Below, piece by piece: positions 29,898-40,740 of a stretch of 59,180 bases of DNA. Under the pieces are notes generated by a model. It made no database searches and had not been told where the DNA came from. It saw only the letters and a program-made list of their open reading frames with translations. A program made the translations under genes and the position numbers. Numbering within the stretch: position 1 is the stretch's first letter; each line of letters begins with the position of its first letter. The stretch spans positions 1 through 59,180 of IMG/VR virus record IMGVR_UViG_3300014501_000021; one strand, 5' to 3'. This DNA comes from a virus (Duplodnaviria; Caudoviricetes).

Positions 29898-30290
29898 ATG
29901 ACACAAGCAACCGCAGGAACGCCCGATCCAAAAAAGCCAATGACGTTAGCAGACATATCCCAGCTTGGTTACATTCAGAAAACCCGCGAAGTATTCGAGG
30001 GTGCGACTCTGACTGTCCAAACTTTGTCGTTATCCCGCCAACAAAAAATCCTACTAAACATTCCCGCCGACACGACGGACCCTCTTGTGCGGTATACTCA
30101 TCTACAGATTGAGACCCTGGCAAATGCGACGCTTGCAATTAACGATGAGAAGTACTCCGAGGCAGATGTAGATCGTTTACGGAAGTTTTACAGTGGTTTG
30201 CAGGCCAGCGTCTTACAGTCGTTCTACGAAGTCTACCAGGAAATGATGGTTGACCAAGAGAAGACGCTTGCGAGTTTAAAAAAAACCTAA
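29898..30290 (+). CDS. tail assembly chaperone (gpG-like)
   Basis: Between tube and tape measure; ends at a slippery site. Confidence 0.75.
   Translation: MTQATAGTPDPKKPMTLADISQLGYIQKTREVFEGATLTVQTLSLSRQQKILLNIPADTTDPLVRYTHLQIETLANATLAINDEKYSEADVDRLRKFYSGLQASVLQSFYEVYQEMMVDQEKTLASLKKT
30275..30286 (+). promoter_or_regulatory. programmed -1 ribosomal frameshift site
   Basis: T-TTA-AAA and A-AAA-AAA X-XXY-YYZ heptamers in frame just before TAA; the -1 frame is open into the 30302 ORF. Confidence 0.8.
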
Positions 30291-30301
30291 ACCTTGAGGA
30301 G

Positions 30302-30625
30302 TTGCCGTTTCGTGACGAATACGAAATATGCAAGCTCTTAAACTGTACTCCTAACGATTCGAAGTTTACGGACCTTACTAAAGCCCAACGGCTTTGGTTC
30401 TTGCTTAATATCCATAAGGATAAAATGGAGCAAGCAGAGATGGTGCTAAATCTCTGCAAGCATATACAGCCACAGGCCTATTTCAAGAAGCAGGCTGACG
30501 CTGTAAATACCGACTTTATCTCGGATATTTTGGCAAAGTTAGGCCGCGAGCTCACTCCCGAAGAAAAACTTGCTTTAAATGTTCCTGACGATAAGGATGA
30601 TGTTGATATAATCACGAGGGACTAA
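30302..30625 (+). CDS. tail assembly chaperone extension (gpT-like; probably made as a frameshift fusion)
   Basis: In the -1 frame relative to 29898; the listed TTG start has no spaced RBS; TAATG-coupled to the tape measure gene. Confidence 0.7.
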   Translation: MPFRDEYEICKLLNCTPNDSKFTDLTKAQRLWFLLNIHKDKMEQAEMVLNLCKHIQPQAYFKKQADAVNTDFISDILAKLGRELTPEEKLALNVPDDKDDVDIITRD

Positions 30626-32388
30626 TGAACGAAGACGCCTCAGGCGCACCATTAGATTCAGGCGGCACCCCGTCTGTTCCAAATCAAAATGATACATTAG
30701 ACCACCTTAAGAGGGAAATCGACCTCATTAACGGGAAGAATAGAGCTCTAGAATCTACTAATACTCTCGGGGCAGAGTCTGTTAAGCAAGCGCTAACGTA
30801 CGCGGAGGCGATGGCGAGAGTCCAGGCAAGTTATGAATCAGTTAGACATGATCTGATAGGTCTTACTGGTGAGCGTCATAAAGAAGGGATTGCTCTAGCT
30901 AGGGTAGCGGACCATAATATTAAGTTGATGGCGTCGGCTGAAAAGTTTCTTGGGATCACAGATAAAACAAATAAGTTAATCCAAGAACGTAAAGACGTCA
31001 TGCTTGGCCTATTGCAGATAGGCAAGCAGATGAATATTTTGGGTACTGAAGAGTATACCGACGCTGTTAAGCGCGCAGACTTAGACTTTAAGAAGCAACT
31101 GTACGATAGGGCTAAAGGTGATTGGACCAGTGCAATAAATACCGCTGGTGAGATAATCAACTATCAGTTCCAGTCGCAGATGCTCGGAGCGATGGGAAGA
31201 GGACGTACCTTGATGCAAGGTGCGGGTATGGGTCCCTCAACTCCTGGCGGGGCCCTAGGCGGCGCTGATCGTATGTTTGGCGCTACAGGTTCTGCAATGA
31301 ATCCTTTGGAGCGAATGAGCGCCTTCAATAAGATCCTTGAAGAAGCGCCACGTGCGGCTAACCAATCTACGGCGTCCATGAAGAACATGATTGGTACTAT
31401 GGCCTACTTCGGTGCGTCTACCGATAAGATGGTAGCCTCACTGATCAAGGGTTCCAGAGAAGCAGGCATGACCGCGAATGATATCGCGAAAGTTTATAGT
31501 TTCTCTAGTATTTCCGCAAAAGAGCTTGGATTATCTACTATGGAGACAGGAGATAATCTATTAGAATTAACTCATATCTTTAGACAAGTCGGCGGTGGAG
31601 TTAACCAGGCCGCAGCTGTTCTAAGTATGTTTAGTCATAACATCCACGCTCTAGGTATAAATTTACAAGGTGTTGAGAAACTAGAATTAGCTTCAAAATT
31701 TGTGCAGGGTATCTCGTCACTGCCTTTTGATAAAATGGCAGGCTTGACGATGTACAACACAGGAAAGCCGCTACAAGCTATCACAGAGCAAGATATGAGT
31801 AGCCCTTTGAAAACAGCTATGGCGACCTTTCAGAGAATTTCAAGCCAGATAGGTCCTGGCTTCGTTAACCAAGGTGCCGCGGTAGAGAAGACTGCGGAGT
31901 TACTTGGCATGCATTTGAATGCACTGCAAACAGTGTCTTTACAGAAGATTTTAAGAGAGGGCGGTACAGCAAACGAAAAGGCTTTCGAAAAGTTAGCAGA
32001 CCCGACGAAGTATATGGCAGAAGGTATTGACAATCTAAAAGAGAGCATGGAACCTCTTAAGAGTATTGACAATAATATAAAGAATATACAAGGTATGATG
32101 TCGAGTATGCTTTCATGGGGCTCCGCTATAACTGGCGTGATTCCTGCGCTTACGGGTCTTAGAATTCTTGGAGGAGCTGCAGGCATTTCTGGCGGGCTTG
32201 GTACTGTAGCTGCTGGTGCTTCATCACTGGTTCTAGGAGAAGAGGCGGCCGCAGCAATAGGTACGGGTGTTGCTGGCGCCTTTAGTGCTCCAGCGTTAGT
32301 AGGCGTGGGCGCCTTGGGAGCTCTCGCTTACGGAGGATATAAGGCAGGACAGATGGCTAAGAAGTCGTTCGGGACGGGGAGGCAGTAA
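30625..32388 (+). CDS. tape measure protein
   Basis: 587 aa, helical, Ala/Gly/Met-rich with a hydrophobic C-terminus; follows the chaperone pair. Confidence 0.8.
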   Translation: MNEDASGAPLDSGGTPSVPNQNDTLDHLKREIDLINGKNRALESTNTLGAESVKQALTYAEAMARVQASYESVRHDLIGLTGERHKEGIALARVADHNIKLMASAEKFLGITDKTNKLIQERKDVMLGLLQIGKQMNILGTEEYTDAVKRADLDFKKQLYDRAKGDWTSAINTAGEIINYQFQSQMLGAMGRGRTLMQGAGMGPSTPGGALGGADRMFGATGSAMNPLERMSAFNKILEEAPRAANQSTASMKNMIGTMAYFGASTDKMVASLIKGSREAGMTANDIAKVYSFSSISAKELGLSTMETGDNLLELTHIFRQVGGGVNQAAAVLSMFSHNIHALGINLQGVEKLELASKFVQGISSLPFDKMAGLTMYNTGKPLQAITEQDMSSPLKTAMATFQRISSQIGPGFVNQGAAVEKTAELLGMHLNALQTVSLQKILREGGTANEKAFEKLADPTKYMAEGIDNLKESMEPLKSIDNNIKNIQGMMSSMLSWGSAITGVIPALTGLRILGGAAGISGGLGTVAAGASSLVLGEEAAAAIGTGVAGAFSAPALVGVGALGALAYGGYKAGQMAKKSFGTGRQ

Positions 32389-32891
32389 TGGCTAATACGA
32401 AGTTTCCTCTTAAACTAAATGGCGTAAGTTTTCTAGTTAACCCGACTAACATAAGTGTTAAGAAACCCATCGTTAAAGGGTCACTTAATACTCAGGGCGG
32501 TGTACGATTTCAGGTATGGTATAATGAACCGGAGATATTGATCATCAATGGTATCTCTACTGGACAGTCTGCCTACGCTGAATTACAATTTCTTAAGCAG
32601 AACTACGAAGTTACTAAGACGACAAATTTAAGTACGCTTTTTTACAAGACTAAGAATTATCGCGGCTTTATAGACTCTATAGAGGTGGGACACTCGATTG
32701 ATAGGCATCAGCGGTGGCCTTATACGATTCAATTCCAATTGCTTCAGGGAGAGCAATTTAACATACAAGACTTCGCTCTACAGCCTAGTGGCCTTGTCGG
32801 GCAGGTTACGAACTTGCTGGAACAAAATATCAACGCACCTATCGCAAGAGCGACCGGGGCTCTTGGATCTGCTCTAGGTAAGATTATCTAA
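32388..32891 (+). CDS. probable tail tube initiator/baseplate protein
   Basis: FLVNPTNISV..TQGG..W..I.ING..YRGFIDSIEV..W.YTIQF pattern; located after the tape measure gene. Confidence 0.55.
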   Translation: MANTKFPLKLNGVSFLVNPTNISVKKPIVKGSLNTQGGVRFQVWYNEPEILIINGISTGQSAYAELQFLKQNYEVTKTTNLSTLFYKTKNYRGFIDSIEVGHSIDRHQRWPYTIQFQLLQGEQFNIQDFALQPSGLVGQVTNLLEQNINAPIARATGALGSALGKII

Positions 32892-35800
32892 TGGGAGTAA
32901 ATTACTCAACAGGAGTTGTATCTCCTAATACGGCTACGAGTGGACCGCCTAGCGGCTCACCTAGTGGACAACCATCGGACCAGGATGCATCTAGTCCGTT
33001 GCTAATCGACTATTTGAAAACTCGCTGCTATTTATATAAGTTTACTCCAAATATAGTCTATGGCGGCGCGAATGGTCAGCAGAATGTCGCTCCTACTTCT
33101 CTACAAAAGAATCTGAATGCTCAGGTAGCCTCTCAGCAGATAATGGCTAATACGTTAATAGCCCTTATGAATGCGTTGAATGGTATCGGACAAGTAACAT
33201 CGGCTACCAATCGTTTTGACACAAATATCGTAAATGCGGGTAATCTTCTTGCAGCATTTCTTAATCTTCCAAACGTTCAGAGCGGCAATCTAAACGTAGG
33301 TACTGCTACCCAACTCCCTATAGACCCTACGACTCTCTCGGAAGCCAACGCATTAAAGAATTGGTTCTTTACGGGCTCGGGGTTTACGTTTGGTGGTGGA
33401 AGTATCAATAGCTGGATCTCAGCTGTTACTAAGTGGCTAGCTGGTACTATTTATACCCTTCAGGTATCGATCGATACGGAGCAGTCACAGACTGCACCAC
33501 AGTTAGCGGCCCAGCAGCAGTTAATTGAAGGAGCCCTATCCCAATTTCAAGTTAGTCGATTCACTTATGATTTAAATGTCGCAGATTTAACTCGCTACGA
33601 TATTTCTAAATTCATGAGCGGGTATACTATTGACCAACAGTTGGGTAATGTTTCTGCAGTTGGTTTTATTAATGGCTCAGCTACGTTGCAGAACGCGATA
33701 ATCCCTCTGCAAGATTTACAACCGGTGCCTGGCCCTACAGCTGTTAGACGTCCGATCTTCTTCCCTAACGCTAATGGAGATTATCCTGGCTATACAAACG
33801 GGTTGCCAGTAGCGGCTGCTCTCAAAGCAAATAACCCTCCTATCCTGGATCCCATGTCGCAGGAACCGATATCGACTCTACAATCGGTGGGAGTAGGTAA
33901 CGAGAATTTAATAACACGCATAGCGATACTCCAGACTCTAGAAGATAACGGAGGAGGCAATGGCCCTCCTACAGGTATCCAGGGTTTTAATGATGCTTAT
34001 CTCGCTGACGCAGCTACAGTAGAGATAGCAATTCGTTTGCGGGGGATAAGTAACCCCAGAAAGAGAGAATTGATTGTCAAGTATTTTAGTACGGGTACTG
34101 TAGACGATGAACTCGTTCGTCTAGTAGCAGTAATCGGGTCCCAGCCGAGCTTATCTAATATGGTTGCAACCGCACAGTTGCAAGCGGGTCCTGCGTTAGG
34201 CTTACCTGGCTCACTCGCTAGCGCAACTACGTTAACAGCGGCGCAACAGAAAATCAAAAACAAGTTAACATCGAAGCCGGGGCAGGTAGGAAGTCAGCTT
34301 GATGATTTACAGCTCACTCTCTCAGATCCTAGAGTAGATGGTATTACGCTAGGCGACTTGATACAGAAGTACGATTTCTTTAGCATCTTCGTTTATAAAC
34401 ACGAAGTTTCTCCAGATGTCGTTGAAAGTACTGTACAGGGTATTACAAACGATCCTAACTTCTTCGATAAGGAATCGTTATTTATAGCGACTCCTGTTAC
34501 ATTCCTTTTAAATCAAGCCGACAATAGAAATTTCGCGATGTATAGCCCCGAGATCAACGGTTTCGTAGTAGAGACCTCTTATACCTCTACGCCCTCAAAT
34601 GTAAATACTATAACAGTCAATCTTATGGGTTCCATGGGATTGATGGGCGCAACAAAACGAGTGTACAACTCAACCATATTCCAGCAGTCCGTTTTCGATG
34701 CTGCAGAACTAATGGATAGCAGTATATTCAATCTTTATCAAAATTTATATCAGGGTAAGGATCCTTTACAGATTCTAACGATATTATTAGATAGTCTGTA
34801 CATGTTGCGCGTAGTATTTCCAAAACCTGCGCAACAAATCACATTAGATCCTATCGCGGCTCAAACTATCGCGACCAATTTGACGACTGCGGCGGCTAAC
34901 GCAGTACCTCCTGTTGCACCCGGAAGTGCTGCATTAACTACTGCGATTACTAACGCACAAGCGTTAGCGTTACAGCAATTACAATTAACAACGCTCGGTG
35001 GTAAGGTTCTTCATGATAATACGGGGAACCTATTTTCCTATTTTGATATCCTTAGCTTACGCGCCTTTGATCAATTCAACATGACGGGGGATGACGGAGT
35101 ATTTCTTGGACCGTTACATCTCTTCAACATGGCTTCATTCCTTTACGCCAACGTCATGCGCTCGAGAAAGTTTAATGTCAGAGTTGCTACGCAGGCTCAG
35201 GTAAATGAATTGGATCCGGAGTATGGTGGAGCAGGCGTTTCTCCGACAGGTACATTCCCTTATTATATTACGGAGAATGGTTCTGACTTAGGCGCCTTCC
35301 AGCCGTTTACTCCTACGGCAGGAGTTCTCACTTATCTGCCTAAGGAAGCAGATGGATCAGGTGGAAGCGTTTTAGAGATTAATCCTCTTATAGATACCTC
35401 TACTACAAATCCTGCGGCGACAGTTCCGCAAGCGCTAGCTTGGAAATCTTACTTCGTTTTCTTAACAGCAAGTCTGGGAAACTTCGTCGCCGATCTAAAA
35501 ACCCCTTTTGAAATAATGAATGATGTTGCCAATTCTTGTTATTTAGAATTGTATGAAACTCCAGGCGGCCGCTTTGTCTTTAGAACACCTCAGTACAATA
35601 ATAATATAGCATTGTACCAGCTTAATTCTCAGAGCGGAACGGTTACTAGTTCTGCTTCTCCGTCATTAGTAACAAGCGCTGGCGGCACGACAACTCTACA
35701 AACAACAACGTCTGAATCATTTCAGAGTGCGCACATGCTCACGTCGAGTGACATAATTGTTATCTCGACACAGTATAATCAAACCGTAAAAAATTTGATA

Positions 35801-36550
35801 TCTAAGCAAGCTATGGCTTACGGCGCAGATCTAATCGGCGTTCCTATTGAACAGCTGTATTACTTCTACAGTAACGGTAAGATGGTATCGCAGTATGGTC
35901 TATCATTAGGAAGTGCTGTTGAAAACCCCAACGTGAGAGCCATCCCTCGCGCTAAGTTGTTAGACGCTGACTTGACTTCTCAGAATTCTACATACATGAT
36001 GGGAGTATTCCATTACTGTCGTTTCTTCTTGGAATACACTAACATGAATAACTTTACGGCCACTATTACTGCTGTAGGAGATCCGGCTATCGAAGCGGGA
36101 CGTACCTATTTCGATATTGAGAATCAAAAGTTTGGGTATATAAGTCACGTGACTAAGGAATTGTCTGTGGGAAGTACTTATACGTGTACATTCCAGTTAA
36201 CTGCGGTTCGTGACGCATGTTACGGCGCTGTACCTGCTCCTCAGGGTAATGTTAATGCACAAGTACCTCTCGGAGTTCCGGTATTTCGCATATTGCCAGA
36301 GATGGAAGATTTTATTCCTAAATTTACGGGAAGCGTTGTGGATCTTCTCAATCTATCACCTATACAGTTTAGTAAAGCACCTCCGGTATCCGCAGCAAGC
36401 ATATTGGTGTACAATGGTCCTATAGGCCCTTCTGCAAATTCTTCCCAGAGTATGTCGTCAGCGGTACTAAATCCTTACAATTTGACGGCGCCGCAGCCTT
36501 CGATAAATGCCGCTTCTGTTCCTACTATGCAAGCAGGACCTCCTCAATAA
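32891..36550 (+). CDS. baseplate hub protein (large, with insertions)
   Basis: ELYETPGGRFVFRTPQYN and GDPAIEAG..YISHVTKELSVGSTYTCTFQL motifs typical of hub proteins; position before the spike. Confidence 0.65.
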   Translation: MGVNYSTGVVSPNTATSGPPSGSPSGQPSDQDASSPLLIDYLKTRCYLYKFTPNIVYGGANGQQNVAPTSLQKNLNAQVASQQIMANTLIALMNALNGIGQVTSATNRFDTNIVNAGNLLAAFLNLPNVQSGNLNVGTATQLPIDPTTLSEANALKNWFFTGSGFTFGGGSINSWISAVTKWLAGTIYTLQVSIDTEQSQTAPQLAAQQQLIEGALSQFQVSRFTYDLNVADLTRYDISKFMSGYTIDQQLGNVSAVGFINGSATLQNAIIPLQDLQPVPGPTAVRRPIFFPNANGDYPGYTNGLPVAAALKANNPPILDPMSQEPISTLQSVGVGNENLITRIAILQTLEDNGGGNGPPTGIQGFNDAYLADAATVEIAIRLRGISNPRKRELIVKYFSTGTVDDELVRLVAVIGSQPSLSNMVATAQLQAGPALGLPGSLASATTLTAAQQKIKNKLTSKPGQVGSQLDDLQLTLSDPRVDGITLGDLIQKYDFFSIFVYKHEVSPDVVESTVQGITNDPNFFDKESLFIATPVTFLLNQADNRNFAMYSPEINGFVVETSYTSTPSNVNTITVNLMGSMGLMGATKRVYNSTIFQQSVFDAAELMDSSIFNLYQNLYQGKDPLQILTILLDSLYMLRVVFPKPAQQITLDPIAAQTIATNLTTAAANAVPPVAPGSAALTTAITNAQALALQQLQLTTLGGKVLHDNTGNLFSYFDILSLRAFDQFNMTGDDGVFLGPLHLFNMASFLYANVMRSRKFNVRVATQAQVNELDPEYGGAGVSPTGTFPYYITENGSDLGAFQPFTPTAGVLTYLPKEADGSGGSVLEINPLIDTSTTNPAATVPQALAWKSYFVFLTASLGNFVADLKTPFEIMNDVANSCYLELYETPGGRFVFRTPQYNNNIALYQLNSQSGTVTSSASPSLVTSAGGTTTLQTTTSESFQSAHMLTSSDIIVISTQYNQTVKNLISKQAMAYGADLIGVPIEQLYYFYSNGKMVSQYGLSLGSAVENPNVRAIPRAKLLDADLTSQNSTYMMGVFHYCRFFLEYTNMNNFTATITAVGDPAIEAGRTYFDIENQKFGYISHVTKELSVGSTYTCTFQLTAVRDACYGAVPAPQGNVNAQVPLGVPVFRILPEMEDFIPKFTGSVVDLLNLSPIQFSKAPPVSAASILVYNGPIGPSANSSQSMSSAVLNPYNLTAPQPSINAASVPTMQAGPPQ

Positions 36551-36553
36551 GAT

Positions 36554-37588
36554 ATGATAAAATGGTACGAAGGGGAAATTGTTTCGTATAATCCTTCCGG
36601 ATTTCAGACAACTCCGGTAGTGAGAGGTACTGTTCGCGAATTAACTCAGGGCGTAGAGATTCAGAACGTACAATTTCCATTACTTTCTGCTAATCAAATT
36701 AGACCAGCTGTAGGTACGAAAATTGCATTTTATCGCGACTCTGCTGCGACTGCGAAATTTGGATTTATTATAAGCGATCCATTACCTATCTTTTCTCCTA
36801 TTTATTATGACACAGCTGCTCTCGAGTCAGAGCAAGGCGCTACTGTTTTCGATTATGGCGAAGTAGCAATGGCCGCAGCAGGTATAAATACTGCAACATC
36901 ATTTAACCCTGGCGGCAAGATGTGGCTTAGAAATACGGGCGATGCTATGTTTATTTCTGGCTCAGGAGTACAGAGAATAAATGCTAGCGACTCTTCTAAC
37001 TCTATCGACATACAAGGTACTAATGTCGATATCTACGGAACAGGTAACCTACTACTAACTAACTTTTTTAATATCAAGAATACTCTAGGCATAACTACTT
37101 TGAGTCTGGGCCTCCGAAACCCTATCACAGGCATCGGTTATACCACTTTAGAGTGGAACGACGATGGTTCTTTTGACATGGGAGATTCGTTAGGTCTCTC
37201 TGGTATTAGTTATAATCTGATTGCGTCGCTGCCTCTCGTATCAGAAGTGCCTCAGATATCTTTGACTTCAGTACCTCTAGTATCCGAGTTGATTGTCAAT
37301 CCACTAGGTCTTACTGTCTTTGGGCCCAAAATATCTTTGTCGGGAATCATGACTATAGATGGAGCTACGACAATCACGGGTGATACGGATATTACGGGAG
37401 ACGTTAGTATTACTGGCGATACAGATATCGAGGGCTTGGTATCTATTAAAGGAGACGTAGCGATTGATGGAGACATAGGCCTCGTGGGCCTCTTGAGTAT
37501 TAATGAAGTTCCAGGCTTTACAGGATCGGTAACTATTGCCGGCGTCACTCTTGTTTACGATAGCGGCATTCTAATTGCGGTAACATAA
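36554..37588 (+). CDS. baseplate central spike (gpV/gp5-like)
   Basis: N-terminal OB-like region (GEIVSY..RPAVGTKI) and C-terminal hexapeptide (I/V)xGD beta-helix repeats. Confidence 0.7.
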   Translation: MIKWYEGEIVSYNPSGFQTTPVVRGTVRELTQGVEIQNVQFPLLSANQIRPAVGTKIAFYRDSAATAKFGFIISDPLPIFSPIYYDTAALESEQGATVFDYGEVAMAAAGINTATSFNPGGKMWLRNTGDAMFISGSGVQRINASDSSNSIDIQGTNVDIYGTGNLLLTNFFNIKNTLGITTLSLGLRNPITGIGYTTLEWNDDGSFDMGDSLGLSGISYNLIASLPLVSEVPQISLTSVPLVSELIVNPLGLTVFGPKISLSGIMTIDGATTITGDTDITGDVSITGDTDIEGLVSIKGDVAIDGDIGLVGLLSINEVPGFTGSVTIAGVTLVYDSGILIAVT

Positions 37589-37589
37589 T

Positions 37590-38165
37590 ATGGGTTTAGA
37601 TATTCTAACAGCGGAGCTTCAGAATCTCCGCAAAAATCAAGCAGCTGCTAACAACGTAGGTTTTCTTTTAAACATCGCAAACCTACTTTGTCTCGATGAA
37701 TTTTTAGCATTCTTAGCTCAGCATATAACCGTCCTCACCGCATTTAAGAATATGTTGAATGCTATGATTGCTACCGCGGCTGCTCAGATCGCACTTCTCA
37801 ATGTAGTTGTTGCAGAACTTGAAGCAGCCAATACAATTTTAGAAACTTTTATCAATATCTTTAAATCGGCATTAACAGCTGCACAATCTAAGTTGCAATT
37901 ATTTCCTTTTAACAATCCTAATTTTATACAGTGTCCGCCGGTTCAGTTTATTGAATCAGCTATAGCATCTGTTCTTCCGTCGCCTTCAAGTGCTTTCGCG
38001 AAACTATATAAACAGAGTTTAGCGGATATTAACGAAATGCAATATCGTCTTATTTTGAATGGTAAACAAATACAACAATTAACTCAAAAGATAGCACAGC
38101 TTCAGGCACAGGTTCTTGCGTGGCAAGCTATCGTAAATGCTATCGCGGCACAATTCCACGCATAA
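37590..38165 (+). CDS. hypothetical coiled-coil protein
   Basis: 191 aa with Ala/Leu/Gln heptads. Confidence 0.7.
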   Translation: MGLDILTAELQNLRKNQAAANNVGFLLNIANLLCLDEFLAFLAQHITVLTAFKNMLNAMIATAAAQIALLNVVVAELEAANTILETFINIFKSALTAAQSKLQLFPFNNPNFIQCPPVQFIESAIASVLPSPSSAFAKLYKQSLADINEMQYRLILNGKQIQQLTQKIAQLQAQVLAWQAIVNAIAAQFHA

Positions 38166-38174
38166 GGAGAATAA

Positions 38175-38651
38175 ATGGATTTTCTTTTACAGACGCTTCA
38201 AAATTATAATGATCCTTATAGTAATCCTGTTTCGAATGCTTTATCCAATACATTTTGGGGTCAAGGCACAAACGATCTAATTGTCGACACTACGGGCGAT
38301 TTTGCTACGGTGGACGGCCTTAACAATTTGGCCCAATCGATGATGAAGATTATTACAACCGAGAGGGGCGCTAATATATTCACACCGATGTACGGCTCTA
38401 CTCTTAACGATTTTGTCGGCGCCGACATTAATATCGATGAGCTTAGAGCTAACGTTAAGACCGACATGATTGACACTCTTCGTATATACCAGTTTATTAA
38501 TCAAGGAAATCCAGATCTAAATGAGCAGATCGATACGTTACAGTCTCTTGCTGTCAACTTAATCCCAGGAATTAACGGAATTAACGTTAGTTTTCAAGTA
38601 ATTACTCGGTCGGGACTCCAAGCGGGTAGTACTATACAAGTCGAAGGATAA
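38175..38651 (+). CDS. baseplate wedge protein, gp25/GPW-like
   Basis: GDFATVDGLNNLAQSMMKIITTERGANIFTPMYGSTL signature. Confidence 0.85.
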   Translation: MDFLLQTLQNYNDPYSNPVSNALSNTFWGQGTNDLIVDTTGDFATVDGLNNLAQSMMKIITTERGANIFTPMYGSTLNDFVGADINIDELRANVKTDMIDTLRIYQFINQGNPDLNEQIDTLQSLAVNLIPGINGINVSFQVITRSGLQAGSTIQVEG

Positions 38652-38654
38652 TCT

Positions 38655-40109
38655 ATGATTCGCACGGTAACTCAAGTAATTAACAGCGCTGTTTCATATA
38701 TCCAAGGCGTCATCCCTGGACTATCTCTTTTGGCAGGTACTGTCGGCAGAGATGTCGTAGTTGAATCCCCCGCTCAAGAATTTGGATTAGTATGGACCGA
38801 GCTGGGCCGCGTTGAGTCTATGCAGCTTATGAATGATCCTACAGCATTCATTAATAATGAGCTTGACGACTTAGCTTCTAGCTTTGGATTAACGAGAAAT
38901 CCCGGTACTGCTTCACAGGGTTCAGCAATTTTTGCGCTTACTACTTTCTCGACAGCATCTTCCAATGTTGTCATTCCTGTCGGTACCGATATCTCTACTC
39001 AGTCTAGTCTTTCTAATAATGTAGTAATTTCTTTCGTGACTACCGCAACAGCTACTTTCGTGGCCGCGAACGCTAGTGAATATTTTAACCCGCTTGATGG
39101 TTTGTATGAATTAACGGTGCCTATCCAAGCCTCCGCAATAGGATCTGCTAGCAACGTCGCGGCTGATACTATCACGGTGTTAACAACTTCTATTCCAGGT
39201 GGCCCTACTGTTAACAACCCTAATCAAACAGCGGGAGGAAGCGATGCGGAATCAGACGCGTCACTGCTATCTCGTATTCAAACTAAGCTAGCGGGTACTG
39301 CTATGGGTACGCCTAACGGCATCCTTAGCTTTGTCGACGCCAACCCTAACGTTATAGCCTCTTTACTTGTTGGCCCAACGGATCCACTATTAGTGCGTAG
39401 CTCGTATGGTAACGCTGCTGACGTATATATCATTGGAGATATTCCAACGCCTGTCACAGAGAGCCAGACGTACATAGCGGGTATTAACACTTACGTGTTG
39501 GAGCAACAGCCTGTAGAGGCTGGGTCTGTTAATTCTATTATTCTTGGAACCGTTGGCGGCGTAGCGTTCAATTTTATACAGAATACTAACTTCGTAGTTA
39601 ACCAAGATAATACGACGTCGTATGGAGGATCGTCATCCGCCCAGACTTCTATTACGTTTCTTGGTTCGCCTTTTCCGGACGCCAACACCGCTTTCACAGT
39701 TAACTATTCTATCAATAGTTTAATCGTTACGTTGCAGACTGCAATCAATTCAGACGCTAACCAGATCATCGGTACGAATATTTTGATAAGAGAGGCTATC
39801 GAAATTCTTGTTAACGTTGGTGCCTACATTACTGTCTACCCTGGTTTCACAAAAGCGAATGTAACTGCCGCCGCAGAAAATAACGTTGAAACTTTGTTGA
39901 ATACATCGACGTTAGGAACGTCAATTAGTGAGTCCGATATTATTGCGACTATCCAAGATACGCCAGGAGTGCAGGCGGTTCAGATACCTATCTCCATAGA
40001 AATATCAACTCCTACGATGCCGACGTTTACATCCGTCTCTACGCTTACAACTGCAGAGAACGAATATCTGCGACCGAACCCTGCGCCTAACTCAATAGCA
40101 ATTACTTAA
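38655..40109 (+). CDS. baseplate J-like protein
   Basis: LDDLASSFGLTR..A.G...GSASNVAADTIT..VNNP..TAGGSDAESDASLLSRI..ADVYI signature. Confidence 0.9.
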   Translation: MIRTVTQVINSAVSYIQGVIPGLSLLAGTVGRDVVVESPAQEFGLVWTELGRVESMQLMNDPTAFINNELDDLASSFGLTRNPGTASQGSAIFALTTFSTASSNVVIPVGTDISTQSSLSNNVVISFVTTATATFVAANASEYFNPLDGLYELTVPIQASAIGSASNVAADTITVLTTSIPGGPTVNNPNQTAGGSDAESDASLLSRIQTKLAGTAMGTPNGILSFVDANPNVIASLLVGPTDPLLVRSSYGNAADVYIIGDIPTPVTESQTYIAGINTYVLEQQPVEAGSVNSIILGTVGGVAFNFIQNTNFVVNQDNTTSYGGSSSAQTSITFLGSPFPDANTAFTVNYSINSLIVTLQTAINSDANQIIGTNILIREAIEILVNVGAYITVYPGFTKANVTAAAENNVETLLNTSTLGTSISESDIIATIQDTPGVQAVQIPISIEISTPTMPTFTSVSTLTTAENEYLRPNPAPNSIAIT

Positions 40110-40121
40110 CGAGGATCTAAA

Positions 40122-40739
40122 ATGGCTCTATTAACTCTTAATCCTGTTCCAATTCTATCCACTAGCCTTGTAACAGAATTTGATCAACACACTTTTACTC
40201 CGACATCATATACTTTCCAGCTATATGTTGTGCCTAGCGATGGGGTTGTCTTCTTGCAGGAAGACCCACTGCAGATAAGCCAGAGTATCCCTACAGGAGT
40301 AACTGTTACGGAAACGTCTGGTACTAATGTTGGAACCATGATTGAGGTTACGACAGCGCCAGGTCCTGGCCAATTTCAGGTTAATTATTTTAACGGTTCC
40401 ATACTGTTTAGTATTGCCGTTGGAGGAGACGCAGGAGCCACAGTTGCCGTTTCATATGAAGGAATAGGATCCGTCGTCTTAGCGGAGACTATTAACAATA
40501 TGAATAGTTATCTAATCCCTGCGTACAACTTCGCCGCTACTATCAATCCTTCTAACGACTTGACGAACTTTACTTTTACTAATGTTACGGTTACAGGAAC
40601 TCTTATCGCTGAAGTTAAAGATGTAGAAGCGGTGCTTTCTATGGATCCTGTCTCTCCAGCAGTAGGGCAGATCTGGTTTAATACGACCGACGCTCAATTT
40701 AAAGGATGGAATGGTGCTGCTGTTGTAATCTTAGGATAA
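40122..40739 (+). CDS. baseplate/fibre-associated structural protein
   Basis: PGPGQFQVNY module and C-terminal DPVSPAVGQIWFNTTDAQFKGWNG motif common in fibre proteins. Confidence 0.65.
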   Translation: MALLTLNPVPILSTSLVTEFDQHTFTPTSYTFQLYVVPSDGVVFLQEDPLQISQSIPTGVTVTETSGTNVGTMIEVTTAPGPGQFQVNYFNGSILFSIAVGGDAGATVAVSYEGIGSVVLAETINNMNSYLIPAYNFAATINPSNDLTNFTFTNVTVTGTLIAEVKDVEAVLSMDPVSPAVGQIWFNTTDAQFKGWNGAAVVILG

Positions 40740-40740
40740 T

